A stretch of 64,000 nt of DNA from Deltaproteobacteria bacterium RIFCSPHIGHO2_01_FULL_43_49 (GCA_001798075.1 MGRG01000005.1:1148-65147), one strand, 5' to 3'; positions 19,030 through 29,351 are shown, counted from the stretch's first letter. Made by a program: numbers and translations. The notes: generated from the letters alone by a model not told the origin.

Positions 19030-19110
19030 ATCCTTTTCGCGCTATCGCGCTTCAAGGACTTCGTCGGCCACCCGCTTCGCGGGTTCCCGGCCTCGGTCGT
19101 CGGCTATACT
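19030..19110. repeat. GC-rich hairpin element in an AT-rich intergenic region
   Basis: TCCTT..GCGCTATCGCGC..AAGGA and GGCC.ACCCGCTTCGCGGGT.CCCGGCC stems; only one copy in the window. Confidence 0.45.
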
Positions 19111-19256
19111 ACATTTATCTGTAATTTTTGGGAAAAGTTGCTTGACAAAACCAACAAAATTCCAGATAAGAACAAAAGGCAAAAAAACTATACAATTCAT
19201 ATATTTGTAACGTTCACCATCCACGCTAAAGAAATGCAAAAAAGCAGTTCCGACGA

Positions 19257-20195
19257 ATGTCATTAGAAATCTTCATTAAGAAAAAGGGTGAAGAAATCGG
19301 CTTTGACAAAGTAGCTTTTGCCAGAGCCGATTCCTATTTAGAGCACAATGCCCTTCAAAATTGGCTGGCCCAGGGTTGCCATGGCGACATGAACTACATG
19401 GAGAAAAACAAAACTAAACGGATGAACCCCAAAGAAGTCATGCCGGAGGCCAAATCTGTCATCACTTGCGCGCTCAATTATAATACAGATTACCCTTACT
19501 CAATTGATTGCAAAAATCCCAACAAAGGCTGGATTGCAAGATACGCATGGGGAGAAGATTATCATATTATTATAGAGGAGATGCTCAAGTCTCTTCAGAA
19601 AGCTGTATTACAGTTGGAGCCAGGCACCAACTGTAAGATTTATGTCGATACAGGGCCAGTGATGGAGAGAGTTTTTGCAAAACATGCCGGTGTGGGATGG
19701 ATTGGGAAAAATACCTGTATCATTGATCCAAAAATTGGTTCGTGGCTTTTTTTAGGGATTATTTTGACAAATTTGGAACTCAAAGAAGACCCCGTCATTC
19801 CCGATCATTGCGGCAAATGCACCGTCTGCATTGATGCCTGTCCAACACAAGCAATTACACAGCCATATAAAATTGATGCGCGCCGTTGTATTTCTTATCT
19901 AACCATTGAACATAAGGGAGAAATCGAACCAGAGTTGGCTCGAAAAATGGGGAACAATATTTTTGGTTGCGACATCTGCCAAGATGTCTGCCCATGGAAC
20001 AAAAAAGCCCCTAAAACAGAATTGCCGGCTTTTCAACCACGAAATGGTTTTTTCAATCCAGACCTGAAAGAACTTCGCCAAAAAGTATTAGAAAATTATC
20101 CACAAGATTTTAAAAACTCCCCCTTGAAACGCCCTAAAAGAGACGGGCTGATAAGGAACATCGAAATCGCTTCTAACAATGCCCTGATGATATAA
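19257..20195 (+). CDS. queG: Epoxyqueuosine reductase
   Basis: ARYAWGEDYH, VDTGP.MER, GWIGKN, CGKCTVCIDACPT, CISYLTIE, GCDICQDVCPWN. Confidence 0.95.
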   Translation: MSLEIFIKKKGEEIGFDKVAFARADSYLEHNALQNWLAQGCHGDMNYMEKNKTKRMNPKEVMPEAKSVITCALNYNTDYPYSIDCKNPNKGWIARYAWGEDYHIIIEEMLKSLQKAVLQLEPGTNCKIYVDTGPVMERVFAKHAGVGWIGKNTCIIDPKIGSWLFLGIILTNLELKEDPVIPDHCGKCTVCIDACPTQAITQPYKIDARRCISYLTIEHKGEIEPELARKMGNNIFGCDICQDVCPWNKKAPKTELPAFQPRNGFFNPDLKELRQKVLENYPQDFKNSPLKRPKRDGLIRNIEIASNNALMI

Positions 20196-20199
20196 ATCA
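20188..20199. promoter_or_regulatory. FNR-like box upstream of the mtrA-like gene
   Basis: TGAT-ATAA-ATCA. Confidence 0.75.
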
Positions 20200-20238
20200 T
20201 GTTTGCAGAGTAATTGAATTGAGAGTAAAAGGGATGAC

Positions 20239-21192
20239 ATGCGGCGGGGAGAAGGAAAAGTTCTTGGCTTCATCGTTTTTGCGGTCTCCATTATTCTTTT
20301 CGCGCCGACCACTTTCGCCGCACCGAAATCCAAAACCAGAAAAACTGAAAAAAAAGAGCCCCTAGCCGCCTCCGCAATGGTTGGCGATTCGGTCTGCCAA
20401 AACTGCCACGAGGATCAACTTGCAAAATTTAATAAAACCTTGATGGCAAAATACCTCTATTCAAAAACAAAATCCGGAAAAGAAACCTTTGCTTGTGAAA
20501 CATGCCACGGCCCCGGCAGGGCCCATTCCGAAGCGGGCGGGGGTAGGGGAGTCGGTAATTTGATCACCTTTGGCAAAGGGGCTACCACGCCGGCGGAAAA
20601 GCAAAACGCCGTCTGCCTGCAATGCCACAGTGGAAATGACAGGTTTTTTTGGAATGGAAGCCCTCACGATTCCAAAGAGGTTGCCTGCACCAGCTGTCAC
20701 AAAGTGATGGAAAATGCCACCGAACGTTTCCAACTTTCCAAGTCCAGTGAGATTGAAACCTGCGGACAATGCCACCAGCAAAAAAGGGCCCAACGGATGC
20801 GCTATTCCCACATGCCCCTTCGGGAAAACAAGATGAAGTGCACCAGTTGCCACAGCCCTCACGGATCGGTATCGGATAAATTGCTAAAAGGAAATTCAAT
20901 CAATGAAATGTGCTACTCTTGCCACGCAGAAAAACGTGGGCCGTTCCTCTGGGAACATGCCCCCGTTGCCGAAAGTTGCACGAACTGCCACGACCCCCAT
21001 GGAAGCAACAATGAAAGAATGCTAACGCTGCCAAAGCCAAGGTTGTGCCAACAGTGCCACGTTGAAAGTGGACACCCAACCACCCCACAAAGATTAACTG
21101 CGACTCGTTACTTATCTGATCAAGCTTGCAACAACTGTCATTATGATGTGCACGGCAGCAATCACCCGTCGGGCAAGGCCTTTACGCGGTAG
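20239..21192 (+). CDS. Decaheme cytochrome c, DmsE/MtrA/MtoA family
   Basis: Signal peptide; 10 CxxCH; HAEKRGPFLWEHAPV, CHDPHGS, HGSNHPSG. Confidence 0.95.
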   Translation: MRRGEGKVLGFIVFAVSIILFAPTTFAAPKSKTRKTEKKEPLAASAMVGDSVCQNCHEDQLAKFNKTLMAKYLYSKTKSGKETFACETCHGPGRAHSEAGGGRGVGNLITFGKGATTPAEKQNAVCLQCHSGNDRFFWNGSPHDSKEVACTSCHKVMENATERFQLSKSSEIETCGQCHQQKRAQRMRYSHMPLRENKMKCTSCHSPHGSVSDKLLKGNSINEMCYSCHAEKRGPFLWEHAPVAESCTNCHDPHGSNNERMLTLPKPRLCQQCHVESGHPTTPQRLTATRYLSDQACNNCHYDVHGSNHPSGKAFTR

Positions 21193-21200
21193 GAGGATCT

Positions 21201-23363
21201 ATGCAACGTGGGAGAATACTATTTTCAACTCTTGCAGGTTGCATTGCCCTTCTACACATTGCCGCTAATAGTTACGCCGAGACCAAATTGTTTGGCTTTA
21301 AAACAGATGGTGAACTCTCGGCAGGGGGCCGAGCTTATTTGGAAGAACTCCCCTATCAATTTGAAAAGGCGAAGCTCGAAGAATACCGCGATCTGAGACA
21401 GCAATTCTTTTTGGACAAATTCCGCCTCGGCCTGGAAAGCGAAGACAAGCCCACTCTTTTCGAAATTGGGGGATCACTGGCAGGCCAACGTGATCAAAAC
21501 TTTTTCTTAAAAACCACCCAACTTGGAACCTATAACTTCGAGTTTGAATGGGACCAAATGCCGCATCTCTATTCAACGAGCGGTCAAATGTTGGGAACAA
21601 CAATAAGTCCCGGCGTTTATACCTTGGCAAGCCCTCGACCAACCGGGGCTCAATTTAACGCGGCGCCCTTCATCGATCGAATCGCCGCTCAATGGAATAC
21701 AGCACGCTTTCAAATTTCTTACCAGCCTAGTGATGAGTGGGATCTTTCATGGAAATATAATTGGATCATGAAGGGAGGGGAGCGCCCGCTCGGTATGGCA
21801 TTTGGAACTCCCGGAAGCAATTTTCGCGAAGTTTTGGAACCGGTGGAACATGATATCCATGATTTCCAGTTCACATCCCGATATGCAAAAGAAAAATACC
21901 AGCTTCAGTTCAACTACAACCTTTCTCTTTTCGAAAACAGCCTGAATTCGGTCACTTCAGACAACCCCGCTTCGGCAACCGATGGGGCCTTTGCTGCCAC
22001 AGCAACCGGTGGCTCCAGCACTCCAAGCAGGGGGCGAACAGCGCTGGCACCGGACAATGTGGCTCACACCTGGAGCCTTGCGGGTAGCATTCAACTACCT
22101 CACAAAACACGTATCAATAGTTCCTTTTCCTACAGCTGGCGGATTCAAAATCAGATTTTTATCCCTCATACCATCAACCCAAACATCCCTACGGCAAATT
22201 TGACGCTGCCCCAATCCGCACTGGAAGGAGAGGTGGGTGTCTTGTCTTATAATTTTAATCTGACCAGTAAACCCCTTGATAAGCTGACGCTGACCACAAA
22301 ATACCGTTTTTATCGCTTCGACGATGACAGCAGCACAATTATTTTTCCTGCATATGTGGAGGATGATCGAGTATTAGTAAACGGCAATCTCACCGCAGAG
22401 AGATATTCCTTCGATAAACACAAGGCTTCATTCGACGCCCGTTGGCAATTGTTAAAGCCGCTCGCATTGACAGCGGGAATGGATTGGGAACGCTGGGATC
22501 GTGGCTCTCATCGTGAAGCCCGAGAGACCGATGAGTATACGCCGAGGATATCTCTAGATTTAAAACCGAGTCATCGAGTACTTTTCAGGGCCACCTACTC
22601 TCCTTCCATTAAAGTAATTGATAATTATATTCCCCAATCTTCTCTGCAACATGTCTCCTTGCGCAAATTTGACGAAACCTCAAGGCAACGTCATAAAGTC
22701 GATTTTTTCACCCAACTTACTCCCTGGGATAATTTATCAACCAGCATCAATTTCAATTACAAAAACGACGATTATCAAGATTCCACATTTGGATTGCAAG
22801 ATTCTGAGAGCTGGTCTGTCGGAACAGATCTCTCTTGGAGTCCGACTGACCGACTGACATTGTTTGGAAACTACACAAGAGAAGAATATTTTTCCAAACA
22901 AGCCTCCCGCTCCAGAGCAACGGGAATTTTGGAAAACACTGCCTATGATTGGGTTGCAAAAACGAAAGATATTATTGATACCGCCAGAGTGGGATTTGAT
23001 ATCGCATTGATACGCAACAAACTAAATTTGAGTGCCAACTGGGACATTTCCCGTCAATCAACCAAGATGGATGCCTTCAACCCACAAACTCCAACGGGCG
23101 GCACAGCCGCTCAAAACACTACGGCAACGGCCAATGACTTTCCTGCCATCAAAAGCACGCTCAACCGTTTTGAATCCTATCTAAAGTATCGGTTTGGCAA
23201 GGCGTGGACCGCCAAGTTTGCCTATCTCCTTGAAGACTTTGACAGAGACGATTTTCGCACCGACGGCCTGGTACCAACAACAGGAAGTGATATCGTCCTG
23301 GGCAGCGCCCCTCTCGATTACACAGCCCACATCGTTGTCGCCACATTGGGCTATCAATTCTGA
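21201..23363 (+). CDS. MtrB/PioB/MtoB-family outer-membrane beta-barrel
   Basis: 720 aa, signal peptide, EEYRDL, terminal LGYQF beta-signal, directly after the decaheme gene. Confidence 0.9.
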   Translation: MQRGRILFSTLAGCIALLHIAANSYAETKLFGFKTDGELSAGGRAYLEELPYQFEKAKLEEYRDLRQQFFLDKFRLGLESEDKPTLFEIGGSLAGQRDQNFFLKTTQLGTYNFEFEWDQMPHLYSTSGQMLGTTISPGVYTLASPRPTGAQFNAAPFIDRIAAQWNTARFQISYQPSDEWDLSWKYNWIMKGGERPLGMAFGTPGSNFREVLEPVEHDIHDFQFTSRYAKEKYQLQFNYNLSLFENSLNSVTSDNPASATDGAFAATATGGSSTPSRGRTALAPDNVAHTWSLAGSIQLPHKTRINSSFSYSWRIQNQIFIPHTINPNIPTANLTLPQSALEGEVGVLSYNFNLTSKPLDKLTLTTKYRFYRFDDDSSTIIFPAYVEDDRVLVNGNLTAERYSFDKHKASFDARWQLLKPLALTAGMDWERWDRGSHREARETDEYTPRISLDLKPSHRVLFRATYSPSIKVIDNYIPQSSLQHVSLRKFDETSRQRHKVDFFTQLTPWDNLSTSINFNYKNDDYQDSTFGLQDSESWSVGTDLSWSPTDRLTLFGNYTREEYFSKQASRSRATGILENTAYDWVAKTKDIIDTARVGFDIALIRNKLNLSANWDISRQSTKMDAFNPQTPTGGTAAQNTTATANDFPAIKSTLNRFESYLKYRFGKAWTAKFAYLLEDFDRDDFRTDGLVPTTGSDIVLGSAPLDYTAHIVVATLGYQF

Positions 23364-23471
23364 CCGGAAAGCCATTTTAAAGCCATCCTAGGCTCAGCCA
23401 AAAGAGCCAGCAAAAAAATAAGCCAGACCCCTTGACGATCGCAGTATAAGAAGTTATCTTACAACCTGCTT

Positions 23472-23957
23472 ATGGATACTGGCGAAAAGAAAAAAATGTC
23501 GGTTCACTACTTCCGCAAGGCTTATGAGGCCCAAACTCACGGAGATTTGGGGGAGGCGATCGAGCTTTATCAAAAATCAATCGACACCTTTCCCACACCA
23601 GAGGCGCTAACCTTTTTAGGCTGGGCCCTTTCCTTTTTGGGAAAATATGATGAAGCGATCTCTTTTTGCAAAAAGGCAATCGACCTAGATCCCGATTTTG
23701 GCAATCCCTACAATGATATCGGTGCTTATTTTATTGAATTGGGCAAATTCGATGATGCCATCCCCTTTTTGGAAAAGGCCACCAAAGCCAGCCGCTATGA
23801 CACCTATTGTTTTCCTCATTACAATCTGGGTCGCGTTTGGGAAAAAAAGGGGATGATTATTAAGGCAAAGCAAGCCTTCCAAAGGGCCCTAGAGGAAAAT
23901 CCGGAATATATGTTGGCTGTCGAGTCGCTAGAACGCTTGAAATACGCCCTCAACTAA
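23472..23957 (+). CDS. TPR-repeat protein
   Basis: Four TPR units (e.g. [27 protein letters not shown]). Confidence 0.85.
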   Translation: MDTGEKKKMSVHYFRKAYEAQTHGDLGEAIELYQKSIDTFPTPEALTFLGWALSFLGKYDEAISFCKKAIDLDPDFGNPYNDIGAYFIELGKFDDAIPFLEKATKASRYDTYCFPHYNLGRVWEKKGMIIKAKQAFQRALEENPEYMLAVESLERLKYALN

Positions 23958-23986
23958 GCTACACTTTTGATCAAGGAGAGATCGTT

Positions 23987-24325
23987 ATGGAAAACGCAGA
24001 ACTAGTCAGTTTAAGTCCAAAAGCGGTGGAAAAAATTAAAGAATATTCGGAGAAAATGCCGGAGGCTAAAGGGAAACAATTTCGTGTCTATGTTCAAGGT
24101 GGCGGCTGCTCCGGATTTTCTTACGGCTTTATGTTCGACGATCAAAGAGACGGCGACAATATCATTCAAGCCAGTGGCGTTACCTGTTTGATCGATTCTC
24201 AAAGTTTGATGCTCATTAAAGGGGCGACGGTTGACTTCGTCGAAGGGATGACGGGTGCTGGCTTTGCGGTTGAAAACCCCAACGCCAAAACCTCTTGCGG
24301 CTGCGGCTCTTCGTTTAGTGTTTAG
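23987..24325 (+). CDS. A-type Fe-S carrier (HesB/IscA/ErpA family)
   Basis: [28 protein letters not shown]. Confidence 0.95.
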   Translation: MENAELVSLSPKAVEKIKEYSEKMPEAKGKQFRVYVQGGGCSGFSYGFMFDDQRDGDNIIQASGVTCLIDSQSLMLIKGATVDFVEGMTGAGFAVENPNAKTSCGCGSSFSV

Positions 24326-24342
24326 AAATTCGAGGTTTTATA

Positions 24343-24780
24343 ATGCAACGTGGTTTTATTGTCTTGCTTCTTATATGTGTTGCGGGTTGCAGTAGCTATT
24401 TTACCCCCTATCACTCTGAAACAGCCCCCTCTCTCGAGAGTGGGATTTTGCTTGCGGGAACAATCATCATTGATTCAAAACTTCATAAAAAAATCCAACC
24501 AAGCGACACCCTTTATATCATTGCTAAAAAGGGAGATGGAATGCCTCCTTTGGCAGTCAAAAAAATGGCCGTCGGGGCATTTCCCCTAAAATTTGAGTTG
24601 GGGTCTCAGGATATCATGATGCACGGGGCCTCTTTAGAAGGGGATGTTATTCTAGTTGCCCGCATTGACCAGGACGGGATGGCTGGCCCTCCACAAAAGG
24701 GAGATCTAGAGGGGAGAACAGCAAAGCCGATTTCTATCGGTGACCAATCTATTGAAATAAAAATCGATAAAAGTTTTTAA
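24343..24780 (+). CDS. Lipoprotein resembling the C-terminal Ig-like domain of CcmI/CycH
   Basis: Lipobox VAGC; LYIIAK....MPPLAVKK....FPL.F.L...D.MM, VARID.DG.A....GDLEG. Confidence 0.7.
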   Translation: MQRGFIVLLLICVAGCSSYFTPYHSETAPSLESGILLAGTIIIDSKLHKKIQPSDTLYIIAKKGDGMPPLAVKKMAVGAFPLKFELGSQDIMMHGASLEGDVILVARIDQDGMAGPPQKGDLEGRTAKPISIGDQSIEIKIDKSF

Positions 24781-26126
24781 TTCCCCAATTCATACACTAT
24801 CCACTCCGAAAAGGTTTCCGGACCTCGATGTTTTGGGAGATCTTCATCCCAAAGGGCAAATGAGGCATAACCCAATTGGGGAATGGGGGCATCCTCATTT
24901 TCTGCCGGTCGGAGCGTCCTTCTAAAAATCACATGCCAACTCCCCTGATAATATACCCCTTTGCCGGTCACATTTTGTCTCATCAAATCTTGAGGTTTCA
25001 ACTGTCCGACACCACCTGCATTGAAGTCTTTGAAGGAACCCGCCTTCCATTCCCAAATGTTTACTTTTTTGGAGGCACTTCCCATGCCAAGATAAGGTAA
25101 CTCGATAGGATTGGTTATTGTATCCATTGGGAGCTGAATCGCGGCGGCGTCACTTTGATTAGGATCCACATTCATCCGATCATCTTCCCACTGGATATAG
25201 AACGCAATCTCTTTGTCATTATGCAGGGCTTTTATGGTAAGCCATTCCGTCGCTTCGGGTTCATGCCATAGATGTTTTAGAAAAACGGGGATGCTGGAAG
25301 TTTTTTCCCATGCCTCATCTTCATAATCTAAAGGAATTTCTCCGTTTATTTTGGTAACGGGGAGCAAATTCCTTTTTGGACTGGAAGGATCATATCCCTC
25401 CGGGAGGGGCCTTTGAATAGATTTTAGGTAATGGACGAGTGACCACATCTGTTCTTTTGAAAAGGTGTGTTCATAGCCAGGCATCGGCGTCCCGGGAATT
25501 CCTATCATGAGGGTGCGGTAAATATCCCTGGTGGTATTTCCCCATTTCAAAGGGCCACGAGTCAAATCCCTTGGCGCAATCCTGTCTCCCCAAACATCTT
25601 TTAAAACAATAGCTCCCGGTCCGTCTCCTTTTCCTTGAAGACCGTGGCAAGCGACACAACCGCTTTTTTCGTAAAGTTCCCGTCCCGACTGAATCGATTC
25701 GGGCGTCTTCTTGGGCTCTTCAGGGGTGTCCACAGAAGGACCCGCTTTCTCATTGGCCAATCTTGGATTGAAGGATTTTAAGTATGACAAAATTGATCGC
25801 CAATCCTCCATGCTCAGCAAGTCCCAGCCGGGCATTGATGTGCCGGGGATCCCAAGTTTCATGGTCTGCAACAAATCGAGATCGGCAGGAACGGCCCCCC
25901 TTGTCCTGCGGTATTTAAAGATGCCTGAAGTAAAATCCCTCGGCTTTGGCCATAAAAATTCGGCGATAGGCCCCTTGCCGTCTCCTTTGGAACCGTGGCA
26001 TGAAGCACAATGAACTTCATAAAGATGTTTTCCCTGAGTTGTTGAAACCTCTCGGCTTGTGTCTCTGCAAGCTCTTTGCTGGCAAGAGAGTGATAGAGCA
26101 AGCAAAATAAAAAAAACTCTTTTCAC
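24777..26126 (-). CDS. Diheme cytochrome c fused to an EbdC-like (DOMON heme-b) domain
   Basis: 2 CxxCH in PRDFT..G.FK..GIPGT.MP repeats; C-terminal KALHN..EIAF...W.D..D..AIQLP..MG..VNIW.WKA. Confidence 0.75.
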   Translation of the reverse strand: MKRVFFILLALSLSCQQRACRDTSREVSTTQGKHLYEVHCASCHGSKGDGKGPIAEFLWPKPRDFTSGIFKYRRTRGAVPADLDLLQTMKLGIPGTSMPGWDLLSMEDWRSILSYLKSFNPRLANEKAGPSVDTPEEPKKTPESIQSGRELYEKSGCVACHGLQGKGDGPGAIVLKDVWGDRIAPRDLTRGPLKWGNTTRDIYRTLMIGIPGTPMPGYEHTFSKEQMWSLVHYLKSIQRPLPEGYDPSSPKRNLLPVTKINGEIPLDYEDEAWEKTSSIPVFLKHLWHEPEATEWLTIKALHNDKEIAFYIQWEDDRMNVDPNQSDAAAIQLPMDTITNPIELPYLGMGSASKKVNIWEWKAGSFKDFNAGGVGQLKPQDLMRQNVTGKGVYYQGSWHVIFRRTLRPAENEDAPIPQLGYASFALWDEDLPKHRGPETFSEWIVYELGN

Positions 26127-27736
26127 TATTTTCCTCGTTTCTGGGCTGCAAGGTAACTGGCCAAGTTTTCAATATCTTGAGTTTCAAGGATTGATCCAAA
26201 TTCCGGCATGGCGGCATCCGGGTTTAACAATTGAGGATTTTGAATATAGGCCCGAATCCATTCGGCTACCCTGAAGTTTCCGATGCCACTCAAGTCGGGA
26301 CCCACGTCGCCACCCTCTCCTTTCAACCGATGACAGGTTTGACAATTCTCCTGGTATATTTTTGCAAGTCTTGCCGTGAAAATACCACTCCCCCCAACAT
26401 CCCTCAAGTATGCAATGAGGGCGTAAATCTCTTCATTCAAGAGATTCAACTCCGGCATGGCGGAACCTGGAGTCGCTTCACGAGGCTTACGAAAATGAAC
26501 CTCCAACCATTCATCCGATCTGGAAGAAACGGTCAACGATAAATCGGGCCCAACAGTCCCCCCTTCACCCCGAATCTGGTGACAATAAGAGCAATGCAAA
26601 TCGGCATAAATTTTCTTCCCGTGAAGCACCATCGGATTTTTTTCGATTTGGGGATTCACCAAGGGGGATTTCCATCCCTGATAAGAGAGTAAAAGGATAT
26701 AACCTACCGCAAGAAGACCGGCTGTCATCCAAACGGGTCTTGCAAAGGGGTGTCTTTTTGTCCCTCGATCCAAAAAAGGAAGAAGCAGCAAAAAAAGGAT
26801 CAGGATAGTGGGCAAGACTACCGCGGCGAGATACTCCAAGTTTCCTGGAAAAAGTTTGAGCATTTGAAACAAAAAGAGAAAATACCACTCGGGCCTGGGG
26901 TTATAAGAGGCATCGGTCGGATCTGCGGGATCTTCCAAGTCGGCCCCAAAATAAATGCTTAGGAAAAAAAGAATTCCAATGACTGTCGTAATCATCACTA
27001 AATCTTTAAAAATACTGTGGGGATAAAACGATTTCCCTTTCGCCTTCAGACTTTCGTAATCGGGCGGTTCAGAGCCCGGAGGATGGGGGGGAGCAGAAAT
27101 CCCATGATAAACCACCAAGAAAAGATGGGTACCGATGAGAAGGGCCATAAAGGTTGGCAAAACAAGGACATGAAGGGCATAAAACCTTGTGAGTGTCATC
27201 GCCCCTAATTCCTCACCACCTTTGAATATCTTAGCGATCCAGAGACCCAAAAACGGTGCCTGCTTGGAGATGTTGATCCCGACGGCCGTGGCCCAATAAG
27301 CCTTTTGATCCCAAGGAAGAAGGTATCCTGTAAACCCCAAACCGAAGGCAGCTAGAAGCAAAAAGATACCCACAATCCAAGTTAGCTCCCTTGGAGATTT
27401 GTGCGAACCCATGCAGAAGGTTCGAAGCAGGTGCAAAACCAAAAGGATGATCATTGCGGAGGCGCCCCATTTATGGAGCCCGCGGATCAACCCCCCTAAT
27501 GGAACCTCTGTCATGATGTAGCGAATCGATTCGTAGGCATGATCCGGAGAGGGCGAATAATTCATTCCCAAAAACATTCCGGTCAGGACTTGAAGCAAAA
27601 AGACGGCCAAGGTAGCCGACCCCAATGTGTAAGCCCAAGCCCAACGACCCGGGTTTGGAATTTTTCGATCCAAAAGTGTTTGTTTAACAGAAGACCAACC
27701 CAAACGATTACGAAGCCATTTGAAGGGGGATTCCAT
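26126..27736 (-). CDS. Cytochrome b (b6 + subunit IV) fused to two c-type heme domains
   Basis: RGLHKWGAS, LHLLR, GYLLPWDQ, RFYALH, PEWYFLF, then CSYCH and CQTCH. Confidence 0.92.
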   Translation of the reverse strand: MESPFKWLRNRLGWSSVKQTLLDRKIPNPGRWAWAYTLGSATLAVFLLQVLTGMFLGMNYSPSPDHAYESIRYIMTEVPLGGLIRGLHKWGASAMIILLVLHLLRTFCMGSHKSPRELTWIVGIFLLLAAFGLGFTGYLLPWDQKAYWATAVGINISKQAPFLGLWIAKIFKGGEELGAMTLTRFYALHVLVLPTFMALLIGTHLFLVVYHGISAPPHPPGSEPPDYESLKAKGKSFYPHSIFKDLVMITTVIGILFFLSIYFGADLEDPADPTDASYNPRPEWYFLFLFQMLKLFPGNLEYLAAVVLPTILILFLLLLPFLDRGTKRHPFARPVWMTAGLLAVGYILLLSYQGWKSPLVNPQIEKNPMVLHGKKIYADLHCSYCHQIRGEGGTVGPDLSLTVSSRSDEWLEVHFRKPREATPGSAMPELNLLNEEIYALIAYLRDVGGSGIFTARLAKIYQENCQTCHRLKGEGGDVGPDLSGIGNFRVAEWIRAYIQNPQLLNPDAAMPEFGSILETQDIENLASYLAAQKRGK

Positions 27737-27739
27737 TTT

Positions 27740-28219
27740 CTAAACCTTTTCTTTTAGTGTGGGGAGCATCCAGAGTTTTCCCGCCTCCACCTTAACATCA
27801 TAACGATCCAAGGGTCTCGGTGGTGGACCAGAGATAACTTGTCCATCAACGTCAAACACAGCAGCATGACAGGGACATAAAAACTTCTCTTTTGCCTCAT
27901 CCCATCGATAAGGACAACCCAAATGGGTGCAGCGAGGATCAAACACCGTGAACTCTTTCCCATCCCTTGTGAGAACCCAAGCAGTGCGTTTTTCCTCAAC
28001 CGTCATCCATCCATCTTTTCTTCTTTGGATGAATTCAATTTTTGTCGGTTTACCGACAGGGATTTTTTTGGTCTCCCCAAGCAAGACCCAATCTTCTATG
28101 TGTTTTTTCCATGCCGGCGACAAAAAGTAGGTTGCAATGGGCGCCAAAAGGGAAATCCCGACCACAGAACCCAAGCCATAAATTGCGAGTTCCAAAAATT
28201 TTCGGCGATCCATTGTCAT
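27740..28219 (-). CDS. Rieske [2Fe-2S] subunit of a Rieske/cyt b complex
   Basis: Tat motif DRRKFL, CTHLGC, CPCH, GPPPRPL. Confidence 0.95.
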   Translation of the reverse strand: MTMDRRKFLELAIYGLGSVVGISLLAPIATYFLSPAWKKHIEDWVLLGETKKIPVGKPTKIEFIQRRKDGWMTVEEKRTAWVLTRDGKEFTVFDPRCTHLGCPYRWDEAKEKFLCPCHAAVFDVDGQVISGPPPRPLDRYDVKVEAGKLWMLPTLKEKV

Positions 28220-28911
28220 GGTTTACGCAAAGATTCTCTGGCGTTCTTCAATTCTTTGAGCAATTTTTCGGACTCGCTCGACACAAAGACAACATCAAAA
28301 GAGTGCCATTTCCTTTGAATTTCTTGGTAGCGCCTCAAAAATTCTTCAGGGGTCTTCCCTTTGCGCAAGGCCAACTCTTTTTGATAAGAGCCCAAAGATT
28401 CCTTGATGGCACGGATGAGACTCAAGGCTTTGGCGGCCTGTGTCGGTTTTCCATGGCACAAAGAACAGGTCTTATCCAAATCGGAATAGGATAAAATGGT
28501 TGTGGCCATGGCTCCGTGGCAAGTAAGACAGTTGGGCCCCTTGCCCGTGCGCAAAAGCATTTTGTAATGAGCACTCGTTTCAAATTCTTTTAACTCTTCC
28601 GTGTGGCAAGTCCCACAAGTTGCCGGAACATTTTGGAAATAGATTTTCGAATTCTTATCTTTGGAAGACAAGACTCCTTGGTGGGCCTTGACAGGATCTG
28701 GTGTCTCTGCATTTCCCCCGTGACATGCTTCACAACCGACCCCTGATTTAGCGTGGATCGATTTTTCCCAATCCTTATAATTGTGCCCCAGGTACTTGGA
28801 GCCTTGCTGCTTGCGATGGCAATCAACACAAGAGTCATTCTTCGAAATCGCAGTTTGTGAAAAAAAGAAGAGAGAAAAACACAAACAAACTAAAAGGAAG
28901 GGTTTTCTCAT
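28216..28911 (-). CDS. Pentaheme cytochrome c
   Basis: Signal peptide from MRKPF; 5 CxxCH; helical C-terminus. Confidence 0.88.
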   Translation of the reverse strand: MRKPFLLVCLCFSLFFFSQTAISKNDSCVDCHRKQQGSKYLGHNYKDWEKSIHAKSGVGCEACHGGNAETPDPVKAHQGVLSSKDKNSKIYFQNVPATCGTCHTEELKEFETSAHYKMLLRTGKGPNCLTCHGAMATTILSYSDLDKTCSLCHGKPTQAAKALSLIRAIKESLGSYQKELALRKGKTPEEFLRRYQEIQRKWHSFDVVFVSSESEKLLKELKNARESLRKP

Positions 28912-28968
28912 TATTTTACAAATAATATATGATGCTTTTTTATTCAAGGATGGATTGAAAATGCAACC

Positions 28969-28980
28969 TGATGCAAATCA
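28969..28980. promoter_or_regulatory. FNR-like box between divergent operons
   Basis: TGAT-GCAA-ATCA. Confidence 0.75.
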
Positions 28981-29043
28981 GCTTGTTATACGAAGATTTT
29001 ATCGGTTACTTCCCTTTCCGATCAAACACCAAGGAGGACTTTT

Positions 29044-29328
29044 ATGAAAACATTTCTTTCTTTTCTAGTAGTGGGGTTGCTCGGCGCTACCGCTCAAGCA
29101 GCCGGTGCAGATGGCGCAGCCCTTTTCAAGGCCAAGATGTGTGGGGCCTGCCACGCCGAAGGGAAAAAGGGGGGCGATCTCAAAAATTCCACATTGGATA
29201 AGGCGACCATGGTCCAGTTCCTGAAGGATCCCAAGGCCATGAGGCCAAAGACGACCAAGACCCCCGTAAAGGCAACGGATGAAGAATTGAGCGCCTTGGC
29301 CGATTATGTTATCAGTTTACGGAAATAA
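29044..29328 (+). CDS. Small monoheme cytochrome c (paralog 1)
   Basis: Signal peptide, ADGAALFKAKMCGACH; AGGAGG RBS. Confidence 0.9.
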   Translation: MKTFLSFLVVGLLGATAQAAGADGAALFKAKMCGACHAEGKKGGDLKNSTLDKATMVQFLKDPKAMRPKTTKTPVKATDEELSALADYVISLRK

Positions 29329-29351
29329 TCGTCCCTTTAAACTATTAAGCT

